From Alphaproteobacteria bacterium (GTDB taxonomy: Bacteria; Pseudomonadota; Alphaproteobacteria; JAUHZY01), in the NCBI GenBank assembly GCA_030425825.1, contig JAUHZY010000001.1, forward strand, positions 512,551 through 576,550: a stretch of 64,000 bases of DNA. Reading direction: 5' to 3'. The position numbers were made by a program, and so were the translations under genes. This document shows positions 47,687 to 56,259 of this stretch, piece after piece. The notes under the pieces are model-generated. The model worked only from the letters and a program-made list of their open reading frames with translations. It ran no database searches and had not been told where the DNA came from. Within the stretch, counting starts at the first letter, position 1; every line of letters starts with the position of its first letter.

Positions 47687-48481
47687 ATGCAAAACATGAT
47701 TTTTGACATTCCAGGACAACCAAGATTAACAATCCCCAAAACAAATGGCCCTGCCATTCGCCAAGCTATGGAGGCACAGCGCAAAGCAATCCAAGCGCAG
47801 AATCAGTGGAATCACTCTGATGCAGCATATGAATTTATTAAAAGGCATGAGAAGTATCGCCCTTATCCATATTTGGATACGAGAGGAAATGTGACCATAG
47901 GTGTTGGGACGATGGTGCCTGATGAATCTGTGATGATAGATACGCCGCTTGTTGATTTGCTTGGCAACCCTGTATCAAGAAAACAGCGTGGACAAGTCTT
48001 TCGTGATATAAAGGCATTGTGGCAACAAGAGAAATATAGAAACTTACAAGCGGAATATTTCCCAAATCCACATAAGGTGACTTTACCTGAGTCAGAAGCC
48101 GATCGTATCGCAAGAAAGTATATAGAAGAGGAACTGCCTCACATTAAAAATAAATTCCAAGGATTTGATACTCTGCCTGATGCTGCAAAAACAGCTATTA
48201 TCGACATGCAGTATAACTTAGGAGATGCAGGATTTCAGCGGACGGTTCCTGAGGGATCGAACAAAACGCCGTGGCCAAATTTTTATAGTGCAATTGATGC
48301 GCGTGATTTTGAAACTGCTGCCCGTGAAGCAAGTCGTAAAGGCATTGGCCTTGGGAGGAATCAAGAAACCCAGCAATTATTGATTGACGCCGCCAAAGAA
48401 TGGCAGCAACAGCAATCACAAAAGCCTGTTGCGCCAACACCAGAAGCGCAAGAGAAAGGCGGACTGTTATCTTTTTTCTAG
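47687..48481 (+). CDS. GH24 (T4-type) lysozyme-like protein, copy 1 of 3
   Basis: FIKRHEKYRPYPYLDTRGNVTIGVGTMV matches the catalytic E...D...T...TIGxG motif of phage-type lysozymes. AAGGAG RBS. The start is set at MQNMIFDIPGQ. Confidence 0.7.
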   Translation: MQNMIFDIPGQPRLTIPKTNGPAIRQAMEAQRKAIQAQNQWNHSDAAYEFIKRHEKYRPYPYLDTRGNVTIGVGTMVPDESVMIDTPLVDLLGNPVSRKQRGQVFRDIKALWQQEKYRNLQAEYFPNPHKVTLPESEADRIARKYIEEELPHIKNKFQGFDTLPDAAKTAIIDMQYNLGDAGFQRTVPEGSNKTPWPNFYSAIDARDFETAAREASRKGIGLGRNQETQQLLIDAAKEWQQQQSQKPVAPTPEAQEKGGLLSFF

Positions 48482-48955
48482 AGGTTTATGGTGATACACT
48501 GAGAAGTGCCTGTCATAAGTCGGTTGATAATCATAGCGACTTTTAAGCCTTCTTAAAGCATCACCATAATATTTCCATGATCCAGTAGAGATTGAGACTC
48601 TTTCCCAAGGTTGGCGAAAGCTCGAGATTTCTAGTCGTTTAAGAAAGCCTTCTTTTACGCTGGGTGGCAAGTCAGTATAGTCAAAATCGTCTGGAAATAT
48701 TCTATAGCACTGCAAAACCAGAACTTTTTCACCATTGTGAATAAGGTAGGGACAATTCAGGTCGAAAACTTCATATTTATTTTCATAGGTGATTTTTGTT
48801 TGTGAGACTGTCATTTTGCCACCTGCTGCAGGGCTTGGATGCCACACGCCATAAAACTCTTTATTTTTAAAAGGTTCTGTTAAAGGCGGATCGGGTGTAT
48901 CTGCATAGATACCCAGTACAATTAAACCCACAAAGAACATCAGAAAATATTTCAT
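48467..48955 (-). CDS. secreted partner protein with signal peptide (candidate immunity protein or lysozyme inhibitor), copy 1
   Basis: MKYFLMFFVGLIVLGIYADTPDPPLTEPFKNKEFYGVW is conserved in all three copies. The 3' end overlaps the lysozyme gene by 15 bp, convergently. Confidence 0.6.
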   Translation of the reverse strand: MKYFLMFFVGLIVLGIYADTPDPPLTEPFKNKEFYGVWHPSPAAGGKMTVSQTKITYENKYEVFDLNCPYLIHNGEKVLVLQCYRIFPDDFDYTDLPPSVKEGFLKRLEISSFRQPWERVSISTGSWKYYGDALRRLKSRYDYQPTYDRHFSVYHHKPLEKR

Positions 48956-49024
48956 GGATCAAGTTTAACCACAGGTTGTGATGTGTGCAATCTGTTTGTT
49001 TTATTAACCAAGGAGAGATTTTAA
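48956..49024. promoter_or_regulatory. conserved divergent intergenic spacer (family A), copy 1
   Basis: accacaggttgtga..gcaatctgtttgttttattaaccaaggagagattttaa shared with 50243-50311 and 51548-51613. Confidence 0.6.
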
Positions 49025-49786
49025 ATGAAAAATATGATTTTCGATATTCCAGGACAGGCAAGGCGTGTTATTCCTTTGTCTGATAAGCAAGCTATTATAA
49101 ACGCACAAATTGCACATAGAGAGGCAATGGATCAACAGAAAGCACAGGGCAGCTGGAAATATTTGGACCAGGTATTTGATTTTATCAAAGAACATGAAGG
49201 AGGAATTGTTCCAGCTCCATATCTTGATACAACAGGAAATGTAACAGTTGGTATTGGTCACAGAGTGCCAAATGCGCAAGCTATGACCAAGTTGCCTTTA
49301 GTAAATCCATTAGGTCACGATGTATCTGATGAAGTAAAACGACAGGCTTTTGATGCTGTGTATGGATTGCGTGAAAAACAAGAATATCACAATAAAATTG
49401 CTAAAAAGTTTCCAAGCCCATACAAGGTTCGATTACCAGATTCAGAAGCAGTACGCATTGCCAAAGAGTATATCAACAATGAATGGCCTTTGGTTCAGCA
49501 CAAGTTTAATGGTTTTGATACATATCATCCTAAAGCACAAATGGCTGTGATGGATATTCAGTATAACATCGGGAATAAAAATTTTTCTCAAGAGAAATGG
49601 CTAAAATTTTATGATGCAATGGCACGGCGAGATTATGAGTCTGCGGCCGTAGAGTCTCATCGCAAGGATGTTGGTCAAAATCGGAATGAAGAGGTGCGAA
49701 AGCTATTGCTTGAAGCAGCAGAAGAAACACGTGCGCAAACAAAGTCGCCTTCGAATGATGTTGATTTACTTGGAGAATGGTTTTGA
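49025..49786 (+). CDS. GH24 lysozyme-like protein, copy 2
   Basis: FIKEHEGGIVPAPYLDTTGNVTVGIGHRV. The N-terminal 45 aa are identical to copy 3. Confidence 0.7.
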   Translation: MKNMIFDIPGQARRVIPLSDKQAIINAQIAHREAMDQQKAQGSWKYLDQVFDFIKEHEGGIVPAPYLDTTGNVTVGIGHRVPNAQAMTKLPLVNPLGHDVSDEVKRQAFDAVYGLREKQEYHNKIAKKFPSPYKVRLPDSEAVRIAKEYINNEWPLVQHKFNGFDTYHPKAQMAVMDIQYNIGNKNFSQEKWLKFYDAMARRDYESAAVESHRKDVGQNRNEEVRKLLLEAAEETRAQTKSPSNDVDLLGEWF

Positions 49787-50242
49787 TGTTGTTGAGGTTG
49801 GGCGATAGTAATATCCTTCAAAACATTTTGAGTAGAGCATGTCTGGTTGGTAGGAAATACCAAAGAAAGCACCCGCATATGTATCGCAATAGCTGACTGA
49901 AAGGCTAACACCTTTATCTAAGTATCGAGGTTTTTTGATTGCGAGGCGAATCAATTCATACTTTGTTTCGCCGTAAGGGTATTTGACGAGGCATTTCAAA
50001 ATAACGTCTTGTTTCCCGTTATACAAAAGATAGGGACATTCTTCATATGAATCGTTCTTTTCAAATGAGATGCCTGTCTGTGTGATGGTCATTTTCCCCG
50101 CGGCAAGAACAGACGTGCTGCTTGCTTCCCACACACCATAAAACTCTTTATTTTTAAAAGGTTCTGTCAAAGGTGGATCGGGAACATCTGCGTAGATGCC
50201 CAGCACAATAAGACCAACAAAAAACATCAGAAAATACTTCAT
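49766..50242 (-). CDS. secreted partner protein, copy 2
   Basis: Same signal peptide and N-terminal 40 aa as copies 1 and 3, with a diverged C-terminal part. 21-bp convergent overlap. Confidence 0.6.
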   Translation of the reverse strand: MKYFLMFFVGLIVLGIYADVPDPPLTEPFKNKEFYGVWEASSTSVLAAGKMTITQTGISFEKNDSYEECPYLLYNGKQDVILKCLVKYPYGETKYELIRLAIKKPRYLDKGVSLSVSYCDTYAGAFFGISYQPDMLYSKCFEGYYYRPTSTTSKPFSK

Positions 50243-50311
50243 GTAATCAGCATAACCACAGGTTGTGACTTGCGCAATCTGTTTGTTTTATTAACCAAGG
50301 AGAGATTTTAA
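50243..50311. promoter_or_regulatory. conserved divergent intergenic spacer (family A), copy 2
   Basis: taatcagcataaccacaggttgtgacttgcgcaatctgtttgttttattaaccaaggagagattttaa contains the palindrome TTGCGCAA. Confidence 0.6.
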
Positions 50312-51085
50312 ATGAAAAATATGATTTTCGATATTCCAGGACAGGCAAGGCGTGTTATTCCTTTGTCTGATAAGCAAGCTATTATAAACGCACAAATTGT
50401 ACATAGAGAGGCAATGGATCAACAGAAAGCACAGAAAAACTGGAAGCATTTAGACAATACGTTTGATTTTATTAAGATTCATGAGGGAGATATTTCACAA
50501 ACACCTTACCTTGATACGACAGGCAATGTAACAATCGGTATTGGACATAAAGTAACAGATGCCGAAGCGATGGTGAAACTGCCATTGGTTAATCCGCTGG
50601 GACATGATATTTCAGATGATATGAAGCGACAGGCTTATCATGAGATTTATGAATTGCGTAATAAGCCTGAGTATAAGAATCGTGTAAATGGTTCATTTCC
50701 TAATCCTTACAAAGTAAAATTACCAGATGCAGAAGCTGTCCGTATGGCAAAAGAATACATCAATAATGAGCTGCCTTTAGTTCAAGATAAGTTTAATGAT
50801 TTTGATACTCTTCATCCCAAGGCACAAACAGCGATTATGGATATTCAGTACAATATTGGAAATAAAAATTTTTCTAAAGAGAAGTGGCCAAAGTTTTATA
50901 CGGCAATAGATCAACGTGACTATGATACCGCAGCGGCAGAATCTCATCGTAAGGATGTTGGGATAGAGCGAAATAAAGAAGTAAAAAGGTTGCTGCTTGA
51001 GGCAGCAGAAGAAATAAAGGCGGGTGCGATCGCAGCACCAACTCAAAACAATAGCACTAGTGGATTACTTGGTGAATGGTTTTGA
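50312..51085 (+). CDS. GH24 lysozyme-like protein, copy 3
   Basis: FIKIHEGDISQTPYLDTTGNVTIGIGHKV. Confidence 0.7.
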   Translation: MKNMIFDIPGQARRVIPLSDKQAIINAQIVHREAMDQQKAQKNWKHLDNTFDFIKIHEGDISQTPYLDTTGNVTIGIGHKVTDAEAMVKLPLVNPLGHDISDDMKRQAYHEIYELRNKPEYKNRVNGSFPNPYKVKLPDAEAVRMAKEYINNELPLVQDKFNDFDTLHPKAQTAIMDIQYNIGNKNFSKEKWPKFYTAIDQRDYDTAAAESHRKDVGIERNKEVKRLLLEAAEEIKAGAIAAPTQNNSTSGLLGEWF

Positions 51086-51547
51086 AGGAGGGGATGACTC
51101 TTTGTAGTAATATCCGCCACCACAATTTGAATATTTCATATATGGTTGTGAGGTAATGCCAAAAAAAGCACCGCTATATGTTTCGCAAAACCTTACATGA
51201 AGCATAATATTTTCATTTGAGTATTTTGGCCTTTCGAGAGAAAGACGTATAAGCATCAATTCTTGTGGCGCAAAGCCATCAGGATAATATGTCTTACATT
51301 GAAGGACAATATCTTGTGAACCATTATACAAAAGATAAGGGCATTTTTCGTAGGAATTGTTCTTTTCAAACGAAATCTTCGTTTGCGCAATGGTTATTTT
51401 ACCTGCGGGTCGAACCGTATTACTTATAGGTCTCCACACGCCATAAAATTCTTTATTTTTAAAAGGCTCTGTCAAAGGTGGATCGGGAACATCTGCGTAG
51501 ATGCCCAGCACAATAAGACCAACAAAAAACATCAGAAAATACTTCAT
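51065..51547 (-). CDS. secreted partner protein, copy 3
   Basis: MKYFLMFFVGLIVLGIYADVPDPPLTEPFKNKEFYGVW. Confidence 0.6.
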   Translation of the reverse strand: MKYFLMFFVGLIVLGIYADVPDPPLTEPFKNKEFYGVWRPISNTVRPAGKITIAQTKISFEKNNSYEKCPYLLYNGSQDIVLQCKTYYPDGFAPQELMLIRLSLERPKYSNENIMLHVRFCETYSGAFFGITSQPYMKYSNCGGGYYYKESSPPSKPFTK

Positions 51548-51613
51548 GTAATCAGCATAACCACAGGTTGTGACTTGCGCAATCTGTTTATTTTATTAAC
51601 CAAGGAGGAAAAA
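51548..51613. promoter_or_regulatory. conserved divergent intergenic spacer (family A), copy 3, here driving the portal gene
   Basis: Near-identical to 50243-50311 up to the RBS (aaccaaggagg). Confidence 0.6.
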
Positions 51614-53605
51614 ATGTCTAAAAATGATATCCAAACAATTTTAAAGCAAGAAATTGATCAATCGCTGTCCTATATGGGCGGAGAATTGGCACATTCGCGT
51701 AAAAAGGCGATGGAATATTACCTAAGCAAACCATTTGGCAACGAGGTTGAAGGCCGCAGCCAGGTTGTGTCTAGCGATGTTGCTGATACAATTGAATGGA
51801 TCTTGCCATCACTGCTTAAGATCTTTACATCCAGCGACAAGGTTGTGCGCTTTGACCCTGTTGGCGCAGAAGATGAGGCCGTTGCTGATCAAGCCACAGA
51901 TTACGTTAACCATATCTTTCAGAAGGATAATCCTGGTTTTGTGATTTTGTATACGTGGTTCAAAGATGCTTTGCTGCAAAAAAACGGCTTTGTGAAGTAT
52001 TATTGGCAAAAGAAAAAAGATATTTCGAAAGAAACATTTAAAGCATTAAGTGAAGATGCGTATGCACTGTTGCTTGCCGAAGTAGAGGCCAATAGCGACC
52101 TCAAAATAAAATCAAGAAAAGCAAATAAAATTAAGGAGAAAGAAGATGAATCTAATTCAAAAGATAAAGAAAGTAAAAACATTTCTGCAACATACGATGT
52201 TGTGGTTGAGCGACATATTGAAAAGAGCCGTATCTGCGTTAAAAACGTTAGCCCAGAAGAGTTTCTTATACATCCTGACGCGAAAACGATAGATGATGCT
52301 GCTTTTGTCGCACATCGCTTGGAGCGTTCGATTTCTGACCTTATCGCATCTGGTTATGATCGTAAAACAGTTGAAGCCTTAAGTGACGATGATGGCTTAC
52401 ATTTCAATGAAGAGCGTCAAGCACGACGTTTGTTCGATGACACGCCCTTGCATGAACGCAGCGATAACACACGCAAAGTCCCTGTATATGAGTGCTATAT
52501 TCGCCTTGATGAAGATGGAGATGGTATAGCAGAGCTTCGCAAAGTCACAGTTGCAGGGGCTGAACTAGAGGTTTTAGATAACGAAGAAGTTGACTTTATT
52601 CCTTTTGCTAGCCTGTCACCTGTGTTGATTCCACATCAATTCTATGGCTTATCTATCGCAGATCTTGTGATGGACTTGCAGCTCATTAAATCTACTGTGA
52701 TGCGCCAAGTGATTGATAATATGTATCTGACAAACAATAACCGTCATGTTGTCGTAGATGGACAAGTGAATCTGGATGATTTGATGACTTCACGTCCAGG
52801 TGGTGTGGTGCGTGTGAAAAACCCTGCTGCCATTCAAGCACTAAATGCGCAAAGCATGCCTGAAAAAGCTTTTGGCTTGCTGCAATATATTGATGGTGTC
52901 CGCGAAGAACGCACAGGCGTTACCAAGAATATGCAGGGCATGGATACAAATACGCTGAACAAAACAGCGAGCGGAATAAACCAAATCATGACTGCTGCAC
53001 AGCAACGGATTGAACTGATTGCGCGTGTATTTGCAGAAACAGGCGTGAAGGATTTATTCTCGAACTTGTTAAAGCTGGTTGTTAAATACCAAGATCAACC
53101 CCGCATGATTCGTCTTCGTAATGAGTGGGTGCCGATGGATGGTTCACAGTTTGACCCTGATATGGATGTCAGCGTTTCAGTTGGTTTAGGCACAGGAAAC
53201 AAAGATCAATCTTTGGCACATTTACAGAATATTTTGAACATCCAAAAAGAAGCTATTTCTGTACAAGGAGGTGTTTTTGGACCACTTGTTACTTTGGATA
53301 ATATTCATAATACACTTGCAAAAATGGTTGAAAATGCAGGCTTGAAAAATGTTGCTGAGTTCTTCCAAAAACCTAATATGGAACAGCTTATGGCGCAAGA
53401 AAATCAAAAAGGTACGGCGCCAAATCCACAGGCACAAGCCATGCTTGAGCAATTGAGGCTGGCATCAGAGAAAATCCGCATTGATGGCATGAAAGCTGAG
53501 ACAGATCGCTTGAAGGCCGAAACTGATGCGGCAATCAAAGAGCGTGAAATTCGCTTGAAAGAAGAAGCCGCACGACAAAAAACAGAAGAAGCTTCTGATG
53601 TTTAA
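51614..53605 (+). CDS. phage portal protein
   Basis: 663 aa. The start MSKNDIQTILKQE follows an AAGGAGG RBS; the ORF-track start at 51383 runs back through the partner gene and spacer. Portal-like central region and a C-terminal coiled coil. Gene order terS-like, terL, ..., portal. Confidence 0.6.
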   Translation: MSKNDIQTILKQEIDQSLSYMGGELAHSRKKAMEYYLSKPFGNEVEGRSQVVSSDVADTIEWILPSLLKIFTSSDKVVRFDPVGAEDEAVADQATDYVNHIFQKDNPGFVILYTWFKDALLQKNGFVKYYWQKKKDISKETFKALSEDAYALLLAEVEANSDLKIKSRKANKIKEKEDESNSKDKESKNISATYDVVVERHIEKSRICVKNVSPEEFLIHPDAKTIDDAAFVAHRLERSISDLIASGYDRKTVEALSDDDGLHFNEERQARRLFDDTPLHERSDNTRKVPVYECYIRLDEDGDGIAELRKVTVAGAELEVLDNEEVDFIPFASLSPVLIPHQFYGLSIADLVMDLQLIKSTVMRQVIDNMYLTNNNRHVVVDGQVNLDDLMTSRPGGVVRVKNPAAIQALNAQSMPEKAFGLLQYIDGVREERTGVTKNMQGMDTNTLNKTASGINQIMTAAQQRIELIARVFAETGVKDLFSNLLKLVVKYQDQPRMIRLRNEWVPMDGSQFDPDMDVSVSVGLGTGNKDQSLAHLQNILNIQKEAISVQGGVFGPLVTLDNIHNTLAKMVENAGLKNVAEFFQKPNMEQLMAQENQKGTAPNPQAQAMLEQLRLASEKIRIDGMKAETDRLKAETDAAIKEREIRLKEEAARQKTEEASDV

Positions 53606-54364
53606 ACAACAAGGTGTTTTTGGCAGAACACTTGAAGTAAGAACAGGAGGTCATGCTTCTGTTTCGCCTCGTACAATGGAACGTCGTGTAACAGATCCAA
53701 GTCCTGCGCTTCAAGACTTTGCCACGAAGGAGGGCAGCCAAGAGGCTGTCCCTTCTCATGACATCACCTATGTCGAAGGCGGTGCGTTGAATGATTATCC
53801 ATCACCCTCTGTTGGTGAAGGACAAAGCAGCAGCAATAGATGGAATGACTACGCCCCAGATCCCTTCGGCTGGGACAGTTTACCGGGGTCAGAACACCTC
53901 CCTTCAAAGCGTGGCTGGACATTGCCATCAGGTAGGTCCATCACAGCGCCATTCCCAGGACAAGAAGAAAGCTATTTCCGTTGGAGTGAGAATAAAATGG
54001 CACAACATCAGCGAAATATTGATGCATTAGATGCTGCCTATACTGTGTTCATGGAGGGAGAGGCACGCCAGCATGCTTCGGAACAACGAGATACAATGAG
54101 ACGCCAAGCTTTATACAACATCAATAACGGTATGGGGGCTGTGACGGCGGGTATGATATGGCACAACAAAGAAGAGAAGCAGGCCAGGTGAGTTTTTCTA
54201 GAACGACGCGTGATGTTATCAAAAGCCAAGCTTCCATGTTTGGTGCTAATAAAATACTTGGTGATTACGCAAATCCTGTGATCCAAAATTTGGGAGAGGA
54301 TATCATCAAAGACAGAATCAATCAGATAGGAGATTATCTGAGGAATCTAGGCCCAATTTACTAG
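53598..54364 (+). pseudogene. glycine-zipper toxin-like gene, deletion/frameshift derivative (two ORF fragments, 53598-54191 and 54158-54364)
   Basis: The N-terminal part matches the 56260 and 58047 proteins (TYVEGGA...WNDY.PDPFGWDSLPGSEHLPSKRGWTLPSGRSITAPFPGQEESYFRWSENK) up to GMGAVTAGMI. The C-terminal match (SQASMFGANKILG...INQIGDYLRNL) then continues in the +1 frame. The glycine-zipper segment is missing. Confidence 0.55.
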
Positions 54365-55195
54365 CTAATAAGTTTGGTCAATTTTTTGGAAAAACACTTG
54401 AATTGGCATACCTGGACGCCAGTTTCCAGCTAAACTCTTGATCTTTTCTTTCTGCTTTAAGGAAAGTCGCTGACGAGATTTTTCACGAAGAGACAAGACT
54501 TCCTTATCATTCAAAACAGACTCTTTATATTTAGGAAAAAACAAATGAGGATACAGGTCTCTTAAAAGATCGCTTTTTTGCTTATATGCTATGTCTGCAA
54601 TATCAAGAAGAAATTGTACTTTGAGTGGTTTGTGAAGACTTTTGTACTCTTTTTCATCCATAATAAAAGCGATCAGAAAGATACCGTTTAAATCGCCTTC
54701 ATCGGCGGCTTGCACAAAGTATTTTAAAGCATCTTGTGGTGTTTCACTTTCATATAAAAAGAATAGCCCAAGGTCAATCAAAGCACCGCCATCCTTTTTC
54801 TCTGCTGCCTTCTGTGTCCATTTCCATGCTTGTTTTGGGTCTTGCTTGACGGCAATGCCTTCGCTGTAAAAACGACTTATCTTATTCATGGCTTCTGGAT
54901 CACCTGATCTTGCGGCTTCTTGATATAGTGCGAAAGCCTTGGCAGGATTCTTTGCAACGCCCAAGCCATGTTCCCAAATAAGACCCTCTAATGTCTGAAA
55001 ACGTGGATGATCAGCAGAAGATGCCAGTACAAGCACCTGGTCATATTGTTTGTTATCAAAAGCAGTGAGTGCATTATCCCACAGCTGTTGGTCAATGGGC
55101 TGATCATAAGGGCTTGATTGATGAGAGGTATAAAACACACCTGCCGCAACAAGACATAAAACAAAAACAAAGGGGAAGAGAAGTTTCTTTTTCAT
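54365..55195 (-). CDS. Sel1-repeat protein with signal peptide, copy 1
   Basis: MKKKLLFPFVFVLCLVAAGV signal. Sel1-like repeats LEGLIWEHGLGVAKNPAKAFALYQEAARSGDPEAMNKISRFYSEGIAVKQDPKQAWKWTQKAAE. Confidence 0.7.
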   Translation of the reverse strand: MKKKLLFPFVFVLCLVAAGVFYTSHQSSPYDQPIDQQLWDNALTAFDNKQYDQVLVLASSADHPRFQTLEGLIWEHGLGVAKNPAKAFALYQEAARSGDPEAMNKISRFYSEGIAVKQDPKQAWKWTQKAAEKKDGGALIDLGLFFLYESETPQDALKYFVQAADEGDLNGIFLIAFIMDEKEYKSLHKPLKVQFLLDIADIAYKQKSDLLRDLYPHLFFPKYKESVLNDKEVLSLREKSRQRLSLKQKEKIKSLAGNWRPGMPIQVFFQKIDQTY

Positions 55196-55259
55196 AAAGC
55201 AACTTTAACAACCAGCAATTGAAAAAACTATCTTTTATTTTACCAATGGAGACCACCTA
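55196..55259. promoter_or_regulatory. conserved divergent intergenic spacer (family B), copy 1
   Basis: ataaagcaactttaacaaccag.aattgaaaaaactatcttttatttta recurs at 56200, 57987 and 59727. Confidence 0.6.
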
Positions 55260-55400
55260 TGTCGAAGGCGTTGTGGTACAAAGCAGCATCACTTCCTTTT
55301 ACAAGCATATCGCCAGCTATTGGGACGACGGCAAGCCATATTATACGACCTGCTGTCAAACAAGGAGTTGATGAGATATATAATTATTTTGACTATTAGT
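55255..55400 (+). pseudogene. decayed 5' fragment of a toxin-like gene
   Basis: METTYVEGVVVQSS... matches the N-terminus NDETTYVEGGAVQSS of the 56260 and 58047 genes, then degenerates and stops. Confidence 0.4.
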
Positions 55401-55401
55401 C

Positions 55402-56199
55402 TTATTGGATGGCGGCTGGGATTCTTATAAATGTTCCAGGACGCCATCTTTGAGCTTTATATCTTAAATCGGCAAGCTCTTTATCATTTAGATATTTGGG
55501 CAGGCTCTTTTCCAGCATTTTATAGTTTTTGTTTCTTCTTTCTTTATAAGGCGCAGGAAAAAAATACGAGCGGTCTGGTCCAAATCCAGATACATCTGTA
55601 AAGGCATTATTTACCTTGAGAATGTAGTATAAATAGGCACTGCGTTTGTAATCTTGAGATTCAAATGCATCGATGGCCTCTTCAAGTAGCATTGTCGAGT
55701 TGCCTGAATAAGCAGATCTTTGACGATAGTTATTGTATTTTTCACTTCTTTTGGGAACTGTTAATGTTAAATAAAAGTACTTGTCTGCGAAGGATAAAGT
55801 TTTTGATTTCTCAAGCCAATGGATAAGCTGGGTATCTGAAAGAAGAGGGGTGTTATCAAGCATATAAGCGATAACAATAAAAAGCGCATTTTCATCGCCT
55901 TCATCGGCACTCTTTTTTAAATTCTCGATATTTTGGCCTGTTAAATCATGCGTTTTTTTTATCCATTTCTGCATTTCAATACTGTCAGGTGAAATGTTTT
56001 TGTGCTTTAAATATCCAACGACTTTCCAGGCAGCATAAACATCCCCTGATTGCGCCTGCTCTTTAAGTTGTTTCAAGTTTTTTTGGTAAGAGTACCATGG
56101 AAGAATATGGCTAAAGGTCACAAAGAAAACAATGCAAAGAATAATGCCGCGCAATCTTACTCTGGTTGGGGGTTGAAGTGGGTTCTGATATTTTTTCAT
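55402..56199 (-). CDS. Sel1/TPR-like repeat protein, divergent family member
   Basis: N-terminal TM/signal. Helical repeat composition. The C-terminal RWRPGTFI resembles the NWRPG and DWRIG tails of the other copies. Confidence 0.55.
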   Translation of the reverse strand: MKKYQNPLQPPTRVRLRGIILCIVFFVTFSHILPWYSYQKNLKQLKEQAQSGDVYAAWKVVGYLKHKNISPDSIEMQKWIKKTHDLTGQNIENLKKSADEGDENALFIVIAYMLDNTPLLSDTQLIHWLEKSKTLSFADKYFYLTLTVPKRSEKYNNYRQRSAYSGNSTMLLEEAIDAFESQDYKRSAYLYYILKVNNAFTDVSGFGPDRSYFFPAPYKERRNKNYKMLEKSLPKYLNDKELADLRYKAQRWRPGTFIRIPAAIQ

Positions 56200-56259
56200 A
56201 AAGCAACTTTAACAACCAGTAATTGAAAAAACTATCTTTTATTTTAAGGAGGAACACCC
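56200..56259. promoter_or_regulatory. conserved divergent intergenic spacer (family B), copy 2
   Basis: ataaagcaactttaacaaccagtaattgaaaaaactatcttttattttaaggaggaacaccc. Confidence 0.6.

Noticed and set aside
51383-51613. ORF-track upstream extension of the portal gene (start 51383)
   Set aside because: The extension runs back through the partner gene and the conserved spacer. The ATG at 51614 has a strong AAGGAGG RBS and the protein begins with a natural N-terminus.
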